Shown here: positions 1 to 9,218 of the stretch, piece by piece
How the letters are laid out: every line of letters starts with the position of its first letter
Position numbering within the stretch: the stretch's first letter is position 1
Origin: Betaproteobacteria bacterium
Lineage (GTDB): Bacteria; Pseudomonadota; Gammaproteobacteria; Burkholderiales; Casimicrobiaceae
Assembly (NCBI GenBank): GCA_016704895.1
Contig: JADIZG010000017.1
Location: forward strand, 1,061-65,060
Length of the DNA stretch: 64,000 bases
Direction: 5' to 3'
Notes under the pieces: model-generated
Told to the model about the DNA's origin: nothing
The model's input: the letters and a program-made list of their open reading frames with translations, nothing else
Database searches by the model: none
Position numbers and translations under genes: made by a program

Positions 1-1429
1 GCGTCCGCTTGAGCAAAGGCAGCATGACGAAGAACGCGAGCCCCGAGAACAGCAGGAGCTGCAGCATCTCGACGACGTGGGCGCCCGTGTAGGGGACGTA
101 GTCGACCGGGTAGGGCAGCAGCCGGTACAGCGGCGCGTAGTACACGCCCAGGCCGATGCAGAGCGCCGCGAACAGGACCATCGCGAGCCGCTGGCTCCAC
201 GGCGGGTCGGGCGGGCGCAGCCCGGAGTCCTTCTGGAAGAACACGAACCACGGGAACTTGATGCCCGCGTGCAGGAACACGCCCGCCGAGGCCGCGGCCA
301 GGAGCAGCCAGACGACGCCCATGTGCCCGTCGAGCGCCGCCTGCCCGACCATCGACTTGCTCACGAATCCCGAGGTGAGCGGGAACGACGAGATCGACAG
401 CGCGCCGATCGTGCCGCAGACCATCGTGAGCGGCATCGTCCGGAACAGGCCGCCCAGGTCGGTGCACTTGCGCCGCCCGGTCTCGTAGAGGACCGCGCCG
501 GCCGACATCAGGAGCAGCGCCTTGTAGAGGATGTGCGTGAACGCGTGCGCGGCCGCGCCGTTGAGCGACATCTCGGTCCCGATGCCGATGCCGACGATCA
601 TGAAGCCCACCTGGTTCACGATGCTGTAGGCGAGGATGCGGCGCATGTCGTTCTCGAGCAGCGCGTACACGATGCCGTAGAAGATCATGAACAGCCCGAC
701 GAAGACGAGCAGCTCGGTGCCGGGGAACGCGCGCAGCAGCACGTAGACCGCGGTCTTGGTCGTGAACGCGGACAGGAACACGGTGCCGCTCCACGACGCT
801 TCCGGGTAGGCGTCGGGCAGCCACGCGGACAGCGGCGGCGCGCCGGCGTTGACCAGGAAGCCCGCGAGGATGAGCCAGTGCGCCGGCGAGTCGAGCGCGA
901 TGCGCACGAAGGCGGTGGAGCCCGTGCCGGCGACGTGTCCCGCGATGCCGGCCATCAGGACCACGCCGCCCAGCAGGTGGACCATCAGGTAGCGCATGCT
1001 CGCCCGGTAGGCGGACGCGGTCCCCGCGCTCCAGATCACGAGCGTCGAGCCCAGCGCCATCAGCTCCCAGAACACGAACACGGTGATGAGGTCGCCGGCC
1101 AGCGTCACGCCGATGGCCGAGCCCGCGTACACGAAGGCGGCGGGAACCTCGACGCGGCTTTCCTGCTTCAGCGCGAACAGGCCGCCGCCGAACGCCATGA
1201 TCGCGAAGACCAGCGCGAACAGGCGCGACAGCGCGTCGACCGTGTAGGGGACGACCGGGTAGCCCAGGATCGTGCCGCGCCAGGCCACGCCGTCGGGCGC
1301 GGCGAGCACCAGCGCCACCGCGGCGGCGGGCGCGAGCAGCGTCAGCGCGGTCCGGGCGCGCCCCGACAGCAACGTCAGCGCGAGGCCCGCGGCGACGAGG
1401 ACCAGCCCGGGATGCAGGAGCTCAGCCAT
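1..1429 (-). CDS. Mrp/Mnh subunit D-like proton-conducting membrane transporter (NuoL/M/N family); 3' end lies outside the window
   Basis: Own translation of the minus strand from ATG 1429 (MAELLHPGLVLVAAGLAL...WELMALGSTLVIW...LAYSIVNQVGFM...FPLTSGFVSKS) gives a polytopic NuoM/N-like protein that stays open to the window edge. It is absent from the ORF track because no stop is present. Its start overlaps the stop of the upstream small ORF. Confidence 0.8.
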   Translation of the reverse strand, partial: MAELLHPGLVLVAAGLALTLLSGRARTALTLLAPAAAVALVLAAPDGVAWRGTILGYPVVPYTVDALSRLFALVFAIMAFGGGLFALKQESRVEVPAAFVYAGSAIGVTLAGDLITVFVFWELMALGSTLVIWSAGTASAYRASMRYLMVHLLGGVVLMAGIAGHVAGTGSTAFVRIALDSPAHWLILAGFLVNAGAPPLSAWLPDAYPEASWSGTVFLSAFTTKTAVYVLLRAFPGTELLVFVGLFMIFYGIVYALLENDMRRILAYSIVNQVGFMIVGIGIGTEMSLNGAAAHAFTHILYKALLLMSAGAVLYETGRRKCTDLGGLFRTMPLTMVCGTIGALSISSFPLTSGFVSKSMVGQAALDGHMGVVWLLLAAASAGVFLHAGIKFPWFVFFQKDSGLRPPDPPWSQRLAMVLFAALCIGLGVYYAPLYRLLPYPVDYVPYTGAHVVEMLQLLLFSGLAFFVMLPLLKRT

Positions 1430-1675
1430 CGCGGCGCTCGTCGTAGTAGGTGTCCTGGCGCTTGAGGAACACGCCGAGCCCCTTGGCGAACAGGATCAGC
1501 ACGGCGCACGCGGCGAACCCGAACCAGGCGCCGAACCCGAACATGCCCGCGATTCCCTCGTGGCCTCCTCGACGAACGCGCCGGCCACCACCATCAGGGC
1601 GAGCACGACGACGAACAGCGTCCACAGCAGGCGGATCGTCCGCGGGCGTACGAGCCAGTGCATCCGTTCGTTCAT
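1422..1675 (-). CDS. small two-TM membrane protein inside the Mrp operon, split by an apparent frameshift
   Basis: ATG 1675 gives MNERMHWLVRPRTIRLLWTLFVVVLALMVVAGAFVEEA (TM helix). The second helix plus tail (GIAGMFGFGAWFGFAACAVLILFAKGLGVFLKRQDTYYDERRDG, stop 1422) is in another frame. The switch is near 1555-1565. Confidence 0.35.
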
Positions 1676-1678
1676 CGG

Positions 1679-3139
1679 CTAGCCTCCGACGAGCTGCCGC
1701 GCGAGCGACAGCGGCAGGTCGGCGAAGAAGAACATCAGCACCGTCGCGGTGGCCGTCGCGACCATCGCGACGACCATCGGCAGCGGCGCCTCGCCGTGCG
1801 CGTGTCCGTGGCCGTCGGCCGAGGGCCGGAAGAACGCGCGGAACACGATCGGCAGCAGGTAACCCGCGCTCAGGAGCGTGCTCGCGGCGATCGTGGCGAT
1901 CGCCACCCAATGCCCGGCCTCGTAGGCGCCCGACAGGATGAACCACTTGCTCGCGAAACCGGCGGTCGGGGGCAACCCGATCATCGACACGGCGCCGACG
2001 GCGAACGCCCCCATCGTCCAGGGCATGCGGCGGCCGATGCCGTCGAGCTGGCTCACCTCGGTCTTGTGCGCGGCCGTGTAGATCGCGCCGGCCGCGAAGA
2101 ACAGCGTGATCTTGCCGAACGCGTGGGCGGCGATGTGCATCGCTGCACCCATGACCGAGAGCGGCGTCAGCAGCGCGGCGGCCAGGATCACGTAGGAGAG
2201 CTGGCTCACCGTCGAGTACGCGAGCCTGCGCTTCAGGTTGTCCGAGCGCAGCGCGACGATCGACGCGGCGACGATCGTGAACGCGGCGACGGTCGGCAGC
2301 CAGTCGACGCTGGAGAGGCCGCGGATCGAGTCGATGCCGAACACGTAGACGATCACCTTGACCACGGTGAACACGCCCGCCTTGACCACCGCCACCGCGT
2401 GCAGCAGCGCGCTCACCGGCGTGGGCGCGACCATCGCCGCGGGCAGCCAGCGGTGGAACGGCATCAGCGCGGCCTTGCCGATGCCGAACATGTACAGCGC
2501 GAGCAGTCCGCCGATCGCCGCGTTGCCGAGCCGTCCCGAGAGGATGCCGCCCGGCACGAAGTCGAGCGTCCCCGCCGCGTGCCAGGTGATCGCGAGCGCG
2601 AACAGGAAGAACATGATCGAGGTCGAGAGCAGGACGCCGAGGTAGACGCGTCCGCCCCGCTTCGCGTCCTCGGTGCCGTGGTGCGTGACCAGCGGATAGG
2701 TGACGAGCGTGAGCATCTCGTAGAACAGGAACAGCGTGAGCCCGTTCGCGGCGAACGCCACGCCCATCGTCGCGGCGATCGCGCCGGCGAAGCAGACGTA
2801 GAAGCGCGTCTGGTGCTTCTCGGCGTTGCCGCGCATGTAGCCGATCGAGTAGAGCGAGTTCACGATCCACAGCCCGGACGCGACCAGCGCGAACAGGAGC
2901 CCGAGCGGCTCGACCGTGAACGCGATCGGCATCCCGGGCAGCATCTCGACGAGCGTGACCGACGGGCGCTCGCCGGAGCGCACCGGCGCGACGAGCGAGA
3001 CCACCGTCGCCAGCAACGCGACGCCGGTGGCCAGCGTCGCGGCCTCGCGCGCGTTCGGCGACCGGTTCGCGAGCGCGATCATGGCCGCGCCCAGCAGCGG
3101 CAGCGCGAGGGCCCCCAGGATCGCGAGCTCGGCGGTCAC
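1679..3139 (-). CDS. mnhD: Mrp/Mnh antiporter subunit D-like (NuoM/N family)
   Basis: GTG 3139 overlaps the stop of the upstream gene (GTGA). The C-terminal half of track ORF 1679..4570 reads VTAELAILGALALPLL...FHRWLPAAMVAPTPVSALLHAVAVVKAG...LAYSTVSQLSYV, typical of the NuoN/MnhD family. Confidence 0.85.
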   Translation of the reverse strand: MTAELAILGALALPLLGAAMIALANRSPNAREAATLATGVALLATVVSLVAPVRSGERPSVTLVEMLPGMPIAFTVEPLGLLFALVASGLWIVNSLYSIGYMRGNAEKHQTRFYVCFAGAIAATMGVAFAANGLTLFLFYEMLTLVTYPLVTHHGTEDAKRGGRVYLGVLLSTSIMFFLFALAITWHAAGTLDFVPGGILSGRLGNAAIGGLLALYMFGIGKAALMPFHRWLPAAMVAPTPVSALLHAVAVVKAGVFTVVKVIVYVFGIDSIRGLSSVDWLPTVAAFTIVAASIVALRSDNLKRRLAYSTVSQLSYVILAAALLTPLSVMGAAMHIAAHAFGKITLFFAAGAIYTAAHKTEVSQLDGIGRRMPWTMGAFAVGAVSMIGLPPTAGFASKWFILSGAYEAGHWVAIATIAASTLLSAGYLLPIVFRAFFRPSADGHGHAHGEAPLPMVVAMVATATATVLMFFFADLPLSLARQLVGG

Positions 3140-4620
3140 CTGGGACCCGCGAGCAGCGCCTCGGCGGCGCCGGACGCGGCGCCGAGGGTGAGCGAAGGCA
3201 CGAGGCCGAAATACACGGACGCGGCGAGCAGGATGCCGGCCGGCACGAGCAGGGCGGCCGGCCCTTCCTTGAGCCGCGACGTTTCGTCGGAGGGCGCGCG
3301 GAAGTAGGCGACCTCGACGAAGCGCCAGACGTAGGCGACCGCGATCATCGAGCTCGCGACGACGACGAAGGCGATCCCCCAGGCGCCGGCCTCGATCGCT
3401 GCCAGCACGAGATACCATTTCGAGACGAAGCCCGCGGTGCCCGGCACGCCGATCAGGCCCAGCCCGCCGACGACGATTCCCGCGCAGGTGATCGGCATCG
3501 ACCGGGCGAGGCCGGCCATGCGGTCGAGGCGCGTGCTGCCGAGGCGGAACACGATCGTGCCGGCGAGCATGAACAGCGCGCCCTTGGTCACGCCGTGATT
3601 GAACAGGTGCACGATGCCGCCGGTGAGACCGGTCGCGCTCGCGAAGCTGACCCCGAGCGTGATGTATCCGATCTGCGCGACGCTCGAGTAGGCGAGCAGC
3701 CGCTTGAGGTCGGACTGGAAGAACGCCGCGATCGACGCGACGATCATCGCGACGATCGACAGCGCCAGCAGCACGTCGCCCATCGGCATCGCGGTGAAGA
3801 CGGTCGTCGTGCCGAACACGGAGAAATAGAAGCGCAGCAGCACGTAGACCGACACCTTGGTCGCGGTCGCCGCGAGCAGCGCCGACACGGCCGACGGCGC
3901 GTGGGCGTAGGCGCCGGGCAGCCACATGTGCAGCGGGAACAGCGCGGCCTTGAGCGAGATGCCGACCGTCAGGAACGCGAGCGCCGCCAGCACCGGGCGG
4001 GACTGGCGGACGTCGCCCAGGCGCGTCGCGATGTCCGCGAGATTGAGCGTCCCGGTCATCAGGTAGAGCAGGCCGACGCCGATCACGATGAACGTCGCGC
4101 CGATCGTCCCGAGGATCAGGTACTGGTAGGCGGCGAGCAGCGCGCGACGGTCGCGGTCGAGCGCGATCAGCACGTAGCTCGCGAGCGACGAGATCTCGAG
4201 GAACACGAACAGGTTGAACGCGTCGCCGGTCACCGTGATGCCGCCCAGGCCGGCGAGCGCGAGGCAGTAGAGCGCGTAGAACAGGTAGTGGTTCTCGCGC
4301 GGGACCTCGACCCGCACGCTCGCCCACGCGTAGGGCGCGACGACCGCCGCCACGAACCCGAGCAGGACGAGCATGAACGCGTTGGCCGCGTCGATCCGGT
4401 ACTCGATGCCCCAGGGCGCGGGCCAGCTGCCGATCGCGTAGCTGATGACGCCCGCGCGCTGGACCTCCATCAGGATCGCGATCGACGCGCCGAGGAAGAA
4501 GACGCTCGCCGCGACCGCGATCGCCCAGCCTGCCCGGCTGCCGCGCACGAGCACGATCAGCGGCGCGCACACGAGCGGCACGACGACCTGCAGGACCGGC
4601 AGGTGCGCGCTGTCGATCAC
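3136..4620 (-). CDS. Mrp/Mnh antiporter subunit D-like (NuoL/M/N family), second paralogue
   Basis: Track ORF 3136..4620 (494 aa), GTG start overlapping the mnhC stop. Motifs: LHMWLPGAYAHAPSAVSALLAATATKV, LLAYSSVAQIGYI. Confidence 0.85.
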   Translation of the reverse strand: MIDSAHLPVLQVVVPLVCAPLIVLVRGSRAGWAIAVAASVFFLGASIAILMEVQRAGVISYAIGSWPAPWGIEYRIDAANAFMLVLLGFVAAVVAPYAWASVRVEVPRENHYLFYALYCLALAGLGGITVTGDAFNLFVFLEISSLASYVLIALDRDRRALLAAYQYLILGTIGATFIVIGVGLLYLMTGTLNLADIATRLGDVRQSRPVLAALAFLTVGISLKAALFPLHMWLPGAYAHAPSAVSALLAATATKVSVYVLLRFYFSVFGTTTVFTAMPMGDVLLALSIVAMIVASIAAFFQSDLKRLLAYSSVAQIGYITLGVSFASATGLTGGIVHLFNHGVTKGALFMLAGTIVFRLGSTRLDRMAGLARSMPITCAGIVVGGLGLIGVPGTAGFVSKWYLVLAAIEAGAWGIAFVVVASSMIAVAYVWRFVEVAYFRAPSDETSRLKEGPAALLVPAGILLAASVYFGLVPSLTLGAASGAAEALLAGPR

Positions 4621-4988
4621 GTCGCTTCGTCGCGGAGGGCGGCCTCTTCGGCGCGCAGGATCTCGTCCTCCTCGACGCTGCCGTAGGACTCGCGGATGCG
4701 CACGACGAGCGCGAGGCCGAGCGCGAGCGTCGCGATGCCGACGACGATCGCCGTGAGGATCAGCACGTGCGGCAGCGGGTTCGAGTAGACCGTGATGCCG
4801 GTGCCGACGATCGGCGCCGTGCCGCCGATGAGCTTGCCGGGCGCGATGTAGAGCAGGTACACCGAGGTCTGGAAGATCGACAGGCCGATCAGCTTCTTCA
4901 CGAGGTTGCCGCGGGCGATGACGATGAAGAGCCCCGCGACGAGCAGGAAGATCGTGACCCAGTAGCTGAAGTGGCCGAGCGCGCTCAC
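4617..4988 (-). CDS. mnhC: Mrp/Mnh antiporter subunit C (NuoK-like)
   Basis: Track ORF of 123 aa with three TM helices, NuoK/MnhC-like (LIGLSIFQTSVYLLYI). Start/stop overlaps with both neighbours. Confidence 0.85.
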   Translation of the reverse strand: MSALGHFSYWVTIFLLVAGLFIVIARGNLVKKLIGLSIFQTSVYLLYIAPGKLIGGTAPIVGTGITVYSNPLPHVLILTAIVVGIATLALGLALVVRIRESYGSVEEDEILRAEEAALRDEAT

Positions 4989-5416
4989 GCGTCGTCCTCG
5001 CGGCGGCGTCGGCCGGCGAACATGTAGAAGATCTTCAGCATGACGCTGGACACGGTCAGGCAGACGCCGACCTCGACCCAGAAGATGCCCCGGTGCTGGC
5101 CGTGCGCGGGATCCCGGTCGAGCACGAAGTAATCGAGGTAGTTGCCGCCCAGCAGCAGGCCGATGAAGCCGACGCCGGCGTAGACGAGCACGCCGGCCGC
5201 GATGCCCGTCTCGACGAGGCGGTCGGGCACGAGGCGCCGCGTGGTCGGCAACCCGAAGATCAGCGCGAAGAAGACGAATGCGGCGGCGAGGATGACGCCC
5301 GCCTGGAACCCGCCGCCCGGACCGAAGTCCCCGTGGAACTGGACGTAGAGCGCGAACAGCAGCATGAACGGGACGACGATCTTCGCGGCGACCCGCAGGA
5401 CCAGGTAGTTTCTCAT
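4985..5416 (-). CDS. mnhB: Mrp/Mnh antiporter subunit B
   Basis: Internal ATG 5416 of track ORF 4985..5698 gives MRNYLVLRVAAKIVVPFMLLFALYVQFHGDFGPGGGFQAG, the MnhB signature. The upstream part of the track ORF is Arg/Gly-rich junk. Confidence 0.8.
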   Translation of the reverse strand: MRNYLVLRVAAKIVVPFMLLFALYVQFHGDFGPGGGFQAGVILAAAFVFFALIFGLPTTRRLVPDRLVETGIAAGVLVYAGVGFIGLLLGGNYLDYFVLDRDPAHGQHRGIFWVEVGVCLTVSSVMLKIFYMFAGRRRREDDA

Positions 5417-5922
5417 CGGCGGTCCCGGTCCTTGCGCTTGCGCTGGCGTAGCAGCGCGATGACGCCGATGCCGGCGGTGAACACGACCGTCGTCTCGCCG
5501 AGCGTGTCGTAGCCGCGGTAGCTCGCGAGGACCGCGGTGACCACGTTGGGCACCCCGGTTTCCTTCAGCGACTCGTTGATGTAGCGCGGCGCGACGTGCT
5601 TGTGGATCGGGGCCTCCGGGTCCGAGAACGCCGGCAGGCCGAGCGTCCCGTAGACCAGCACGCCCCCCACCGCGATCGAGACCGCGAGGGGGAGCCACGG
5701 CCGGCCGAGCGGCTTCGCCTCGTCGCCGCGGACGAGGTGCAGTGCGCCCAGCAGCAGCACCGTCGAGATGCCCGCGCCGACCGAGGCCTCGGTCATCGCG
5801 ACGTCGACGGCATCCAGCGCGACCAGCGCGGTCGCCATCAGGAAGCTGTAGATGCCGCCCAGCACGACGACCGCGAACAGGTTTCGCTGGATCACGATGG
5901 CGGCGGCGATCACCGCCATCAT
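5413..5922 (-). CDS. DUF4040 / MrpA C-terminal-like (MnhB-related) membrane protein
   Basis: Track ORF of 169 aa (VDVAMTEASVGAGISTVLLL...NVVTAVLASYRGYDTLGETTV), as seen in split MrpA/MbhD-E type subunits. Confidence 0.75.
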   Translation of the reverse strand: MMAVIAAAIVIQRNLFAVVVLGGIYSFLMATALVALDAVDVAMTEASVGAGISTVLLLGALHLVRGDEAKPLGRPWLPLAVSIAVGGVLVYGTLGLPAFSDPEAPIHKHVAPRYINESLKETGVPNVVTAVLASYRGYDTLGETTVVFTAGIGVIALLRQRKRKDRDRR

Positions 5923-5942
5923 CGCGAGCAGGACGTTGACGA

Positions 5943-6647
5943 TCAGCGCTTCGATGACGCGCCCTCCCGTGGGCCGAGTAGCGGCTCGATGCCGCGAGCC
6001 ATGCCGGCCTTCGCGAGCGCGTTCGTGGCCGCGGGGCTGGTGAACAGGATCAGCATGCCGATGATGGCGAGCTTGACCGCGACGAGCGTGAACCCCGCCT
6101 GCAGCATCAGGCCCAGCAGGATCAGCCCGGCGCCGAGCGTCTCGGTGACGCTCGCGGCGTGCATGCGCGTGTAGAAGTCCGGCATGCGCAGCAACCCGAT
6201 GCCGCCGACCACGCAGAAGAAGCCGCCCCCGGCGAGCGAGATCCAGCTCGCGATGTCCAGCACGACGGTCAACGGGTGTCCTCCCCCAGGCTTGCCGCTG
6301 ACGCGCCCTAGGAGGGGCGAGGCCTGGGACGCCCTGCGGCGCTCAACGGGGTCCTCCCGGGTTGCCGCGGGGGGCGGCTCGGCCTCGCCGGGGTCGCCCA
6401 GGTCGCCGTAGCGGAAGAACTTGAGGACCGCGATCGTGCCGACGAGGTTGAGGAGCCCGTAGACGATGGCCAGGTCGAGGAACTCGGGCCGGCCGTTCAG
6501 GAACCCGATGACCGCGAGGAGCAGGACGGCCATCGTGCCCGTCGTGTTGCCCGCCTGCGCCCGGTCGAAGACCGTCGGGCCGAGGATCGCCCGGATGATG
6601 GCGAGCGCCAGCGTGACCAGGATCGCGAGCGTCGCCGCGGCGAACAT
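5943..6647 (-). CDS. MnhF and MnhG encoded in one open frame as given (F core 6400-6647; G core 5943-6272)
   Basis: ATG 6647 (ATGA overlap with the mnhE stop) gives the MnhF-like MFAAATLAILVTLALAIIRAILGPTVFDR...LKFFRYGDLG. No stop follows. After a 45-aa Pro/Gly/Arg linker, the MnhG-like VLDIASWISLAGGGFFCVVGGIGLLRMPDFYTRMHAAS continues in frame. An internal TTG at 6272 is preceded by GGAGGA 6 nt upstream. Confidence 0.6.
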   Translation of the reverse strand: MFAAATLAILVTLALAIIRAILGPTVFDRAQAGNTTGTMAVLLLAVIGFLNGRPEFLDLAIVYGLLNLVGTIAVLKFFRYGDLGDPGEAEPPPAATREDPVERRRASQASPLLGRVSGKPGGGHPLTVVLDIASWISLAGGGFFCVVGGIGLLRMPDFYTRMHAASVTETLGAGLILLGLMLQAGFTLVAVKLAIIGMLILFTSPAATNALAKAGMARGIEPLLGPREGASSKR

Positions 6648-7123
6648 CACGCCCCGCGCTCGAAGCGGGCGACGCGGGCGTCCATGTCCCCGCCCGTGAC
6701 GCCTTCCGCGCCGGCGGTCGTCAGCGCGTGGACCAGGAACTCGTCGCGACTTGCCTCGATCGTGATCGTGCCCGGCGTGAGCGTGATCGAGTTCGCGTGC
6801 GTGACCAGGCCGACCTCGGTGTGCTGCGAGGGCCGGAAACGGACGAGCGTCGGCTGGATCGGCAGCCGCGGCGACAGGATGACCTTCGTGACGTCCCAGG
6901 CCGACTTCACGATCTCCTTGGCGAGCCACGGCCAGTAGAGCGTCGCGCGCGGCGCGAGGTGGATGGGATGGCCCTCGGGATCCACGAGCCCCATCCGCCG
7001 GACGATCCACACGACGGCGATCGACGACGCGAGTCCCGCGGCGAGGAGGAACGGCGTGAAGAAGCCGGAGAGCACGACCCAGTAGACGAACATCACGACG
7101 ACGGAACTGACGGTGCGAAGCAA
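6647..7123 (-). CDS. mnhE: Mrp/Mnh antiporter subunit E
   Basis: Track ORF of 158 aa (WPWLAKEIVKSAWDVTKVILSPRLPIQP...ANSITLTPGTITIE), the MnhE family signature. TTG start at 7123; ATG 7093 is an alternative. Confidence 0.8.
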   Translation of the reverse strand: MLRTVSSVVVMFVYWVVLSGFFTPFLLAAGLASSIAVVWIVRRMGLVDPEGHPIHLAPRATLYWPWLAKEIVKSAWDVTKVILSPRLPIQPTLVRFRPSQHTEVGLVTHANSITLTPGTITIEASRDEFLVHALTTAGAEGVTGGDMDARVARFERGA

Positions 7124-7288
7124 GGGAAGCCTTCCCGGACCGGTGTCGCGGCGCGTCGCGACGGAACCGCCGCGGGCGAATCGCTGGATGACGACGGGCG
7201 TAGTCTAATGGGTGTCCCCGCAGGGGGACAACCGAGCCGGACCGCGTCGCGGGGCGCGAGGCGCCGAGCGACGCCCGCGTCCCCCGGT

Positions 7289-7801
7289 TCAATCGACGAC
7301 CTGGACGACGCCCGGCAACCAGGGCAGGTCCGTCGCTCCGGGATCGACACCGGCCTGCCTGAGCAGCGTCGTCACCTGCCCGCGGTGGTGGGTGGCGTGG
7401 TTGAACAGGTGCGTCGCGGCGACCCACGCGGGAAGGCGTCGCAGCTTCCCGTCGGAGGCGGCGCGGTATTCGAGCGTCGAGGAGAGCAATTCGGGCGCGA
7501 GCACGCCCGTCCACGAAAGGATGTCGCGGTCGGCGTTCTCGCGCTCGCGTGCGAGATCCGGCCAGTGCGGATGCTCGTCGGCACCGAACGCGGCGATCCG
7601 ATGAGGCGTGCCGATGAAGCGCCCGAGCCACGTGCGGTCGCCCCACAGGATGTGCGCGAGCGTCCGGTGGATCGAGCCGAAGAACGCGCCGCGGTCGCGC
7701 TTGCGTTCGTCGTCGGGAATCGTCGACGCGGCCACGTAGAGCCGCTCGTTCATCCAGCGGTTGTAGCGCGCGAGGAGCCGGCAGTACTCGACGTCGACCA
7801 T
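7289..7801 (-). CDS. DinB-family metal-dependent protein
   Basis: ATG 7801 within track ORF 7289..9154. MVDVEYCRLLARYNRWMNERLY...HILWGDR...HLFNHATHHRGQV shows the DinB His triad pattern. Confidence 0.85.
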   Translation of the reverse strand: MVDVEYCRLLARYNRWMNERLYVAASTIPDDERKRDRGAFFGSIHRTLAHILWGDRTWLGRFIGTPHRIAAFGADEHPHWPDLARERENADRDILSWTGVLAPELLSSTLEYRAASDGKLRRLPAWVAATHLFNHATHHRGQVTTLLRQAGVDPGATDLPWLPGVVQVVD

Positions 7802-7803
7802 CG

Positions 7804-9114
7804 TCACGCGGTCGCGGCGGCGACCGGTGCGGCGGACCCGACGTCGCGCTCCGCGAGCTGCTCGACCTCGATCGCCGCGGCGACCTGCGCGAGGCGCGCG
7901 ACGACGCCGTACGCGTAGAACCGGTTCGGCGGGCACCCCGCGGGCGCGCCGAGGTCGGGGATGCACGGCGACTCGAACGCGAGCGGCACGAACTCGGCGC
8001 CGGGCGCGTTCAGGTTCTCGTCGCGGCCGCGCGACGCGTGCACGCGGTAGAAGCCGCCGACGACGTAGCGGTCGATCATGTAGACGACCGGCTCGGCGAT
8101 CGCGTCGTTGATCGCCTCGTAGGTCGGCACGCCCTCCTGGATGATCACCGACGTGACCTCGAGGCCTTCCTTGACGACCGCCATCTTGTTGCGCTGCTTG
8201 CGGTTCAGGCCCTGCACCTCGGACGCGTCGCGCACCGTCATGATGCCCATGCCGTAGGTGCCCGCGTCGGCCTTGACGATCACGAACGGCTTCTCGTCGA
8301 GGCCGTATTCGTCGTACTTGGCACGGATGCGCCCGAGCAGCCAGTCGACGTTCGACGCGAGGCACTCCTCGCCCGCGCGCTCCTGGAAGTCGATCTGGCC
8401 GCAGACGCCGAAGTAAGGATCGATCAGCCACGGATCGATGCCGACGAGCGCGCCGAACTCGTCGGCGACCGCGTGGTAGGCCTCGAAGTGGTGCGACTTC
8501 AGCCGGTTGTACCAGCCGGCCGCGAGCGGCGGCGCGATCGGCTGCTCGATCCCCTGCAGGATCGCGGGCGGCCCGGCGGACAGGTCGTTGTTGAGCAGCA
8601 CCATGCACGGGTCGAAGCCGGCGAGGCCGACACGGTTGCCGGTGCGCACGATCGGCTCGAGCGTGAGCGACGACCCGTCGGGCAGGTCGATCTTCGTGGG
8701 CGCGGTGATGTCCGGAATCAGCGTGCCGATGCGCACCGAGAGGCCCGCCTGCTTCAGGATGCCTTCGAGGGTCGCGACGTTGCGCAGGTAGAACGTGTTG
8801 CGCGTGTGGTTCTCGGGCACGAGCAGCACGCCGCGCGCGTCGGGACACACGCGCTCGACCGCGGCCTGGACCGCCTGCACGCACAGCGGCAGGAACGCGG
8901 GATTCAGGTTGTTGAATCCGCCCGGGAACAGGTTCGTGTCGACCGGCGCGAGCTTGAAGCCCGCGTTGCGCAGGTCGACCGACGCGTAGAACGGGATCGC
9001 GTGCTCGTGCCACTTCGACCGCAGCCAGCGCTCGATGTCGGGCATGCGGTCGAGGAACGTCCGCTCGAGGGCCATCAGCGGGCCGGCGAGCGCGGTGGTG
9101 AGGTGCGGGACCAT
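7804..9114 (-). CDS. gshA: glutamate--cysteine ligase (beta-proteobacterial / T. ferrooxidans-type GshA)
   Basis: Track ORF 7804..9147. The likely start is ATG 9114 (MVPHLTTALAGPLMALERTFL). YASVDLRNAGFKLAPVDTNLFPGGFNNL is characteristic of this GshA family. Confidence 0.85.
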   Translation of the reverse strand: MVPHLTTALAGPLMALERTFLDRMPDIERWLRSKWHEHAIPFYASVDLRNAGFKLAPVDTNLFPGGFNNLNPAFLPLCVQAVQAAVERVCPDARGVLLVPENHTRNTFYLRNVATLEGILKQAGLSVRIGTLIPDITAPTKIDLPDGSSLTLEPIVRTGNRVGLAGFDPCMVLLNNDLSAGPPAILQGIEQPIAPPLAAGWYNRLKSHHFEAYHAVADEFGALVGIDPWLIDPYFGVCGQIDFQERAGEECLASNVDWLLGRIRAKYDEYGLDEKPFVIVKADAGTYGMGIMTVRDASEVQGLNRKQRNKMAVVKEGLEVTSVIIQEGVPTYEAINDAIAEPVVYMIDRYVVGGFYRVHASRGRDENLNAPGAEFVPLAFESPCIPDLGAPAGCPPNRFYAYGVVARLAQVAAAIEVEQLAERDVGSAAPVAAATA

Positions 9115-9218
9115 GCGGTGGGCCTTTGACGCGGGGATTCTGATCATAACGCAACCCGGCCCGTCCCCCGGCCGGCCCTCTCGCCGCGCCTGCCGCTACG
9201 GCGGCTTTCCCGACCGGA

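Noticed and set aside
77-4686. Long plus-strand ORFs over the Mrp operon (77..1465, 1658..3307, 3595..4686), and similar antisense giants elsewhere (15965..17455 +, 33699..37511 -, 39992..42439 -, 50098..53028 -, 53013..54578 -).
   Set aside because: They are Arg/Gly/Asp/His/Glu-rich low-complexity translations lying exactly antisense to genes with clear family signatures. These are typical stop-poor shadow ORFs of a GC-rich genome.
5943-7646. A 567-aa ORF spanning mnhG, mnhF and beyond.
   Set aside because: Upstream of ATG 6647 the translation is Arg/Pro-rich junk that overlaps mnhE, which is encoded in a different frame. Only the 5943-6647 part is credible.
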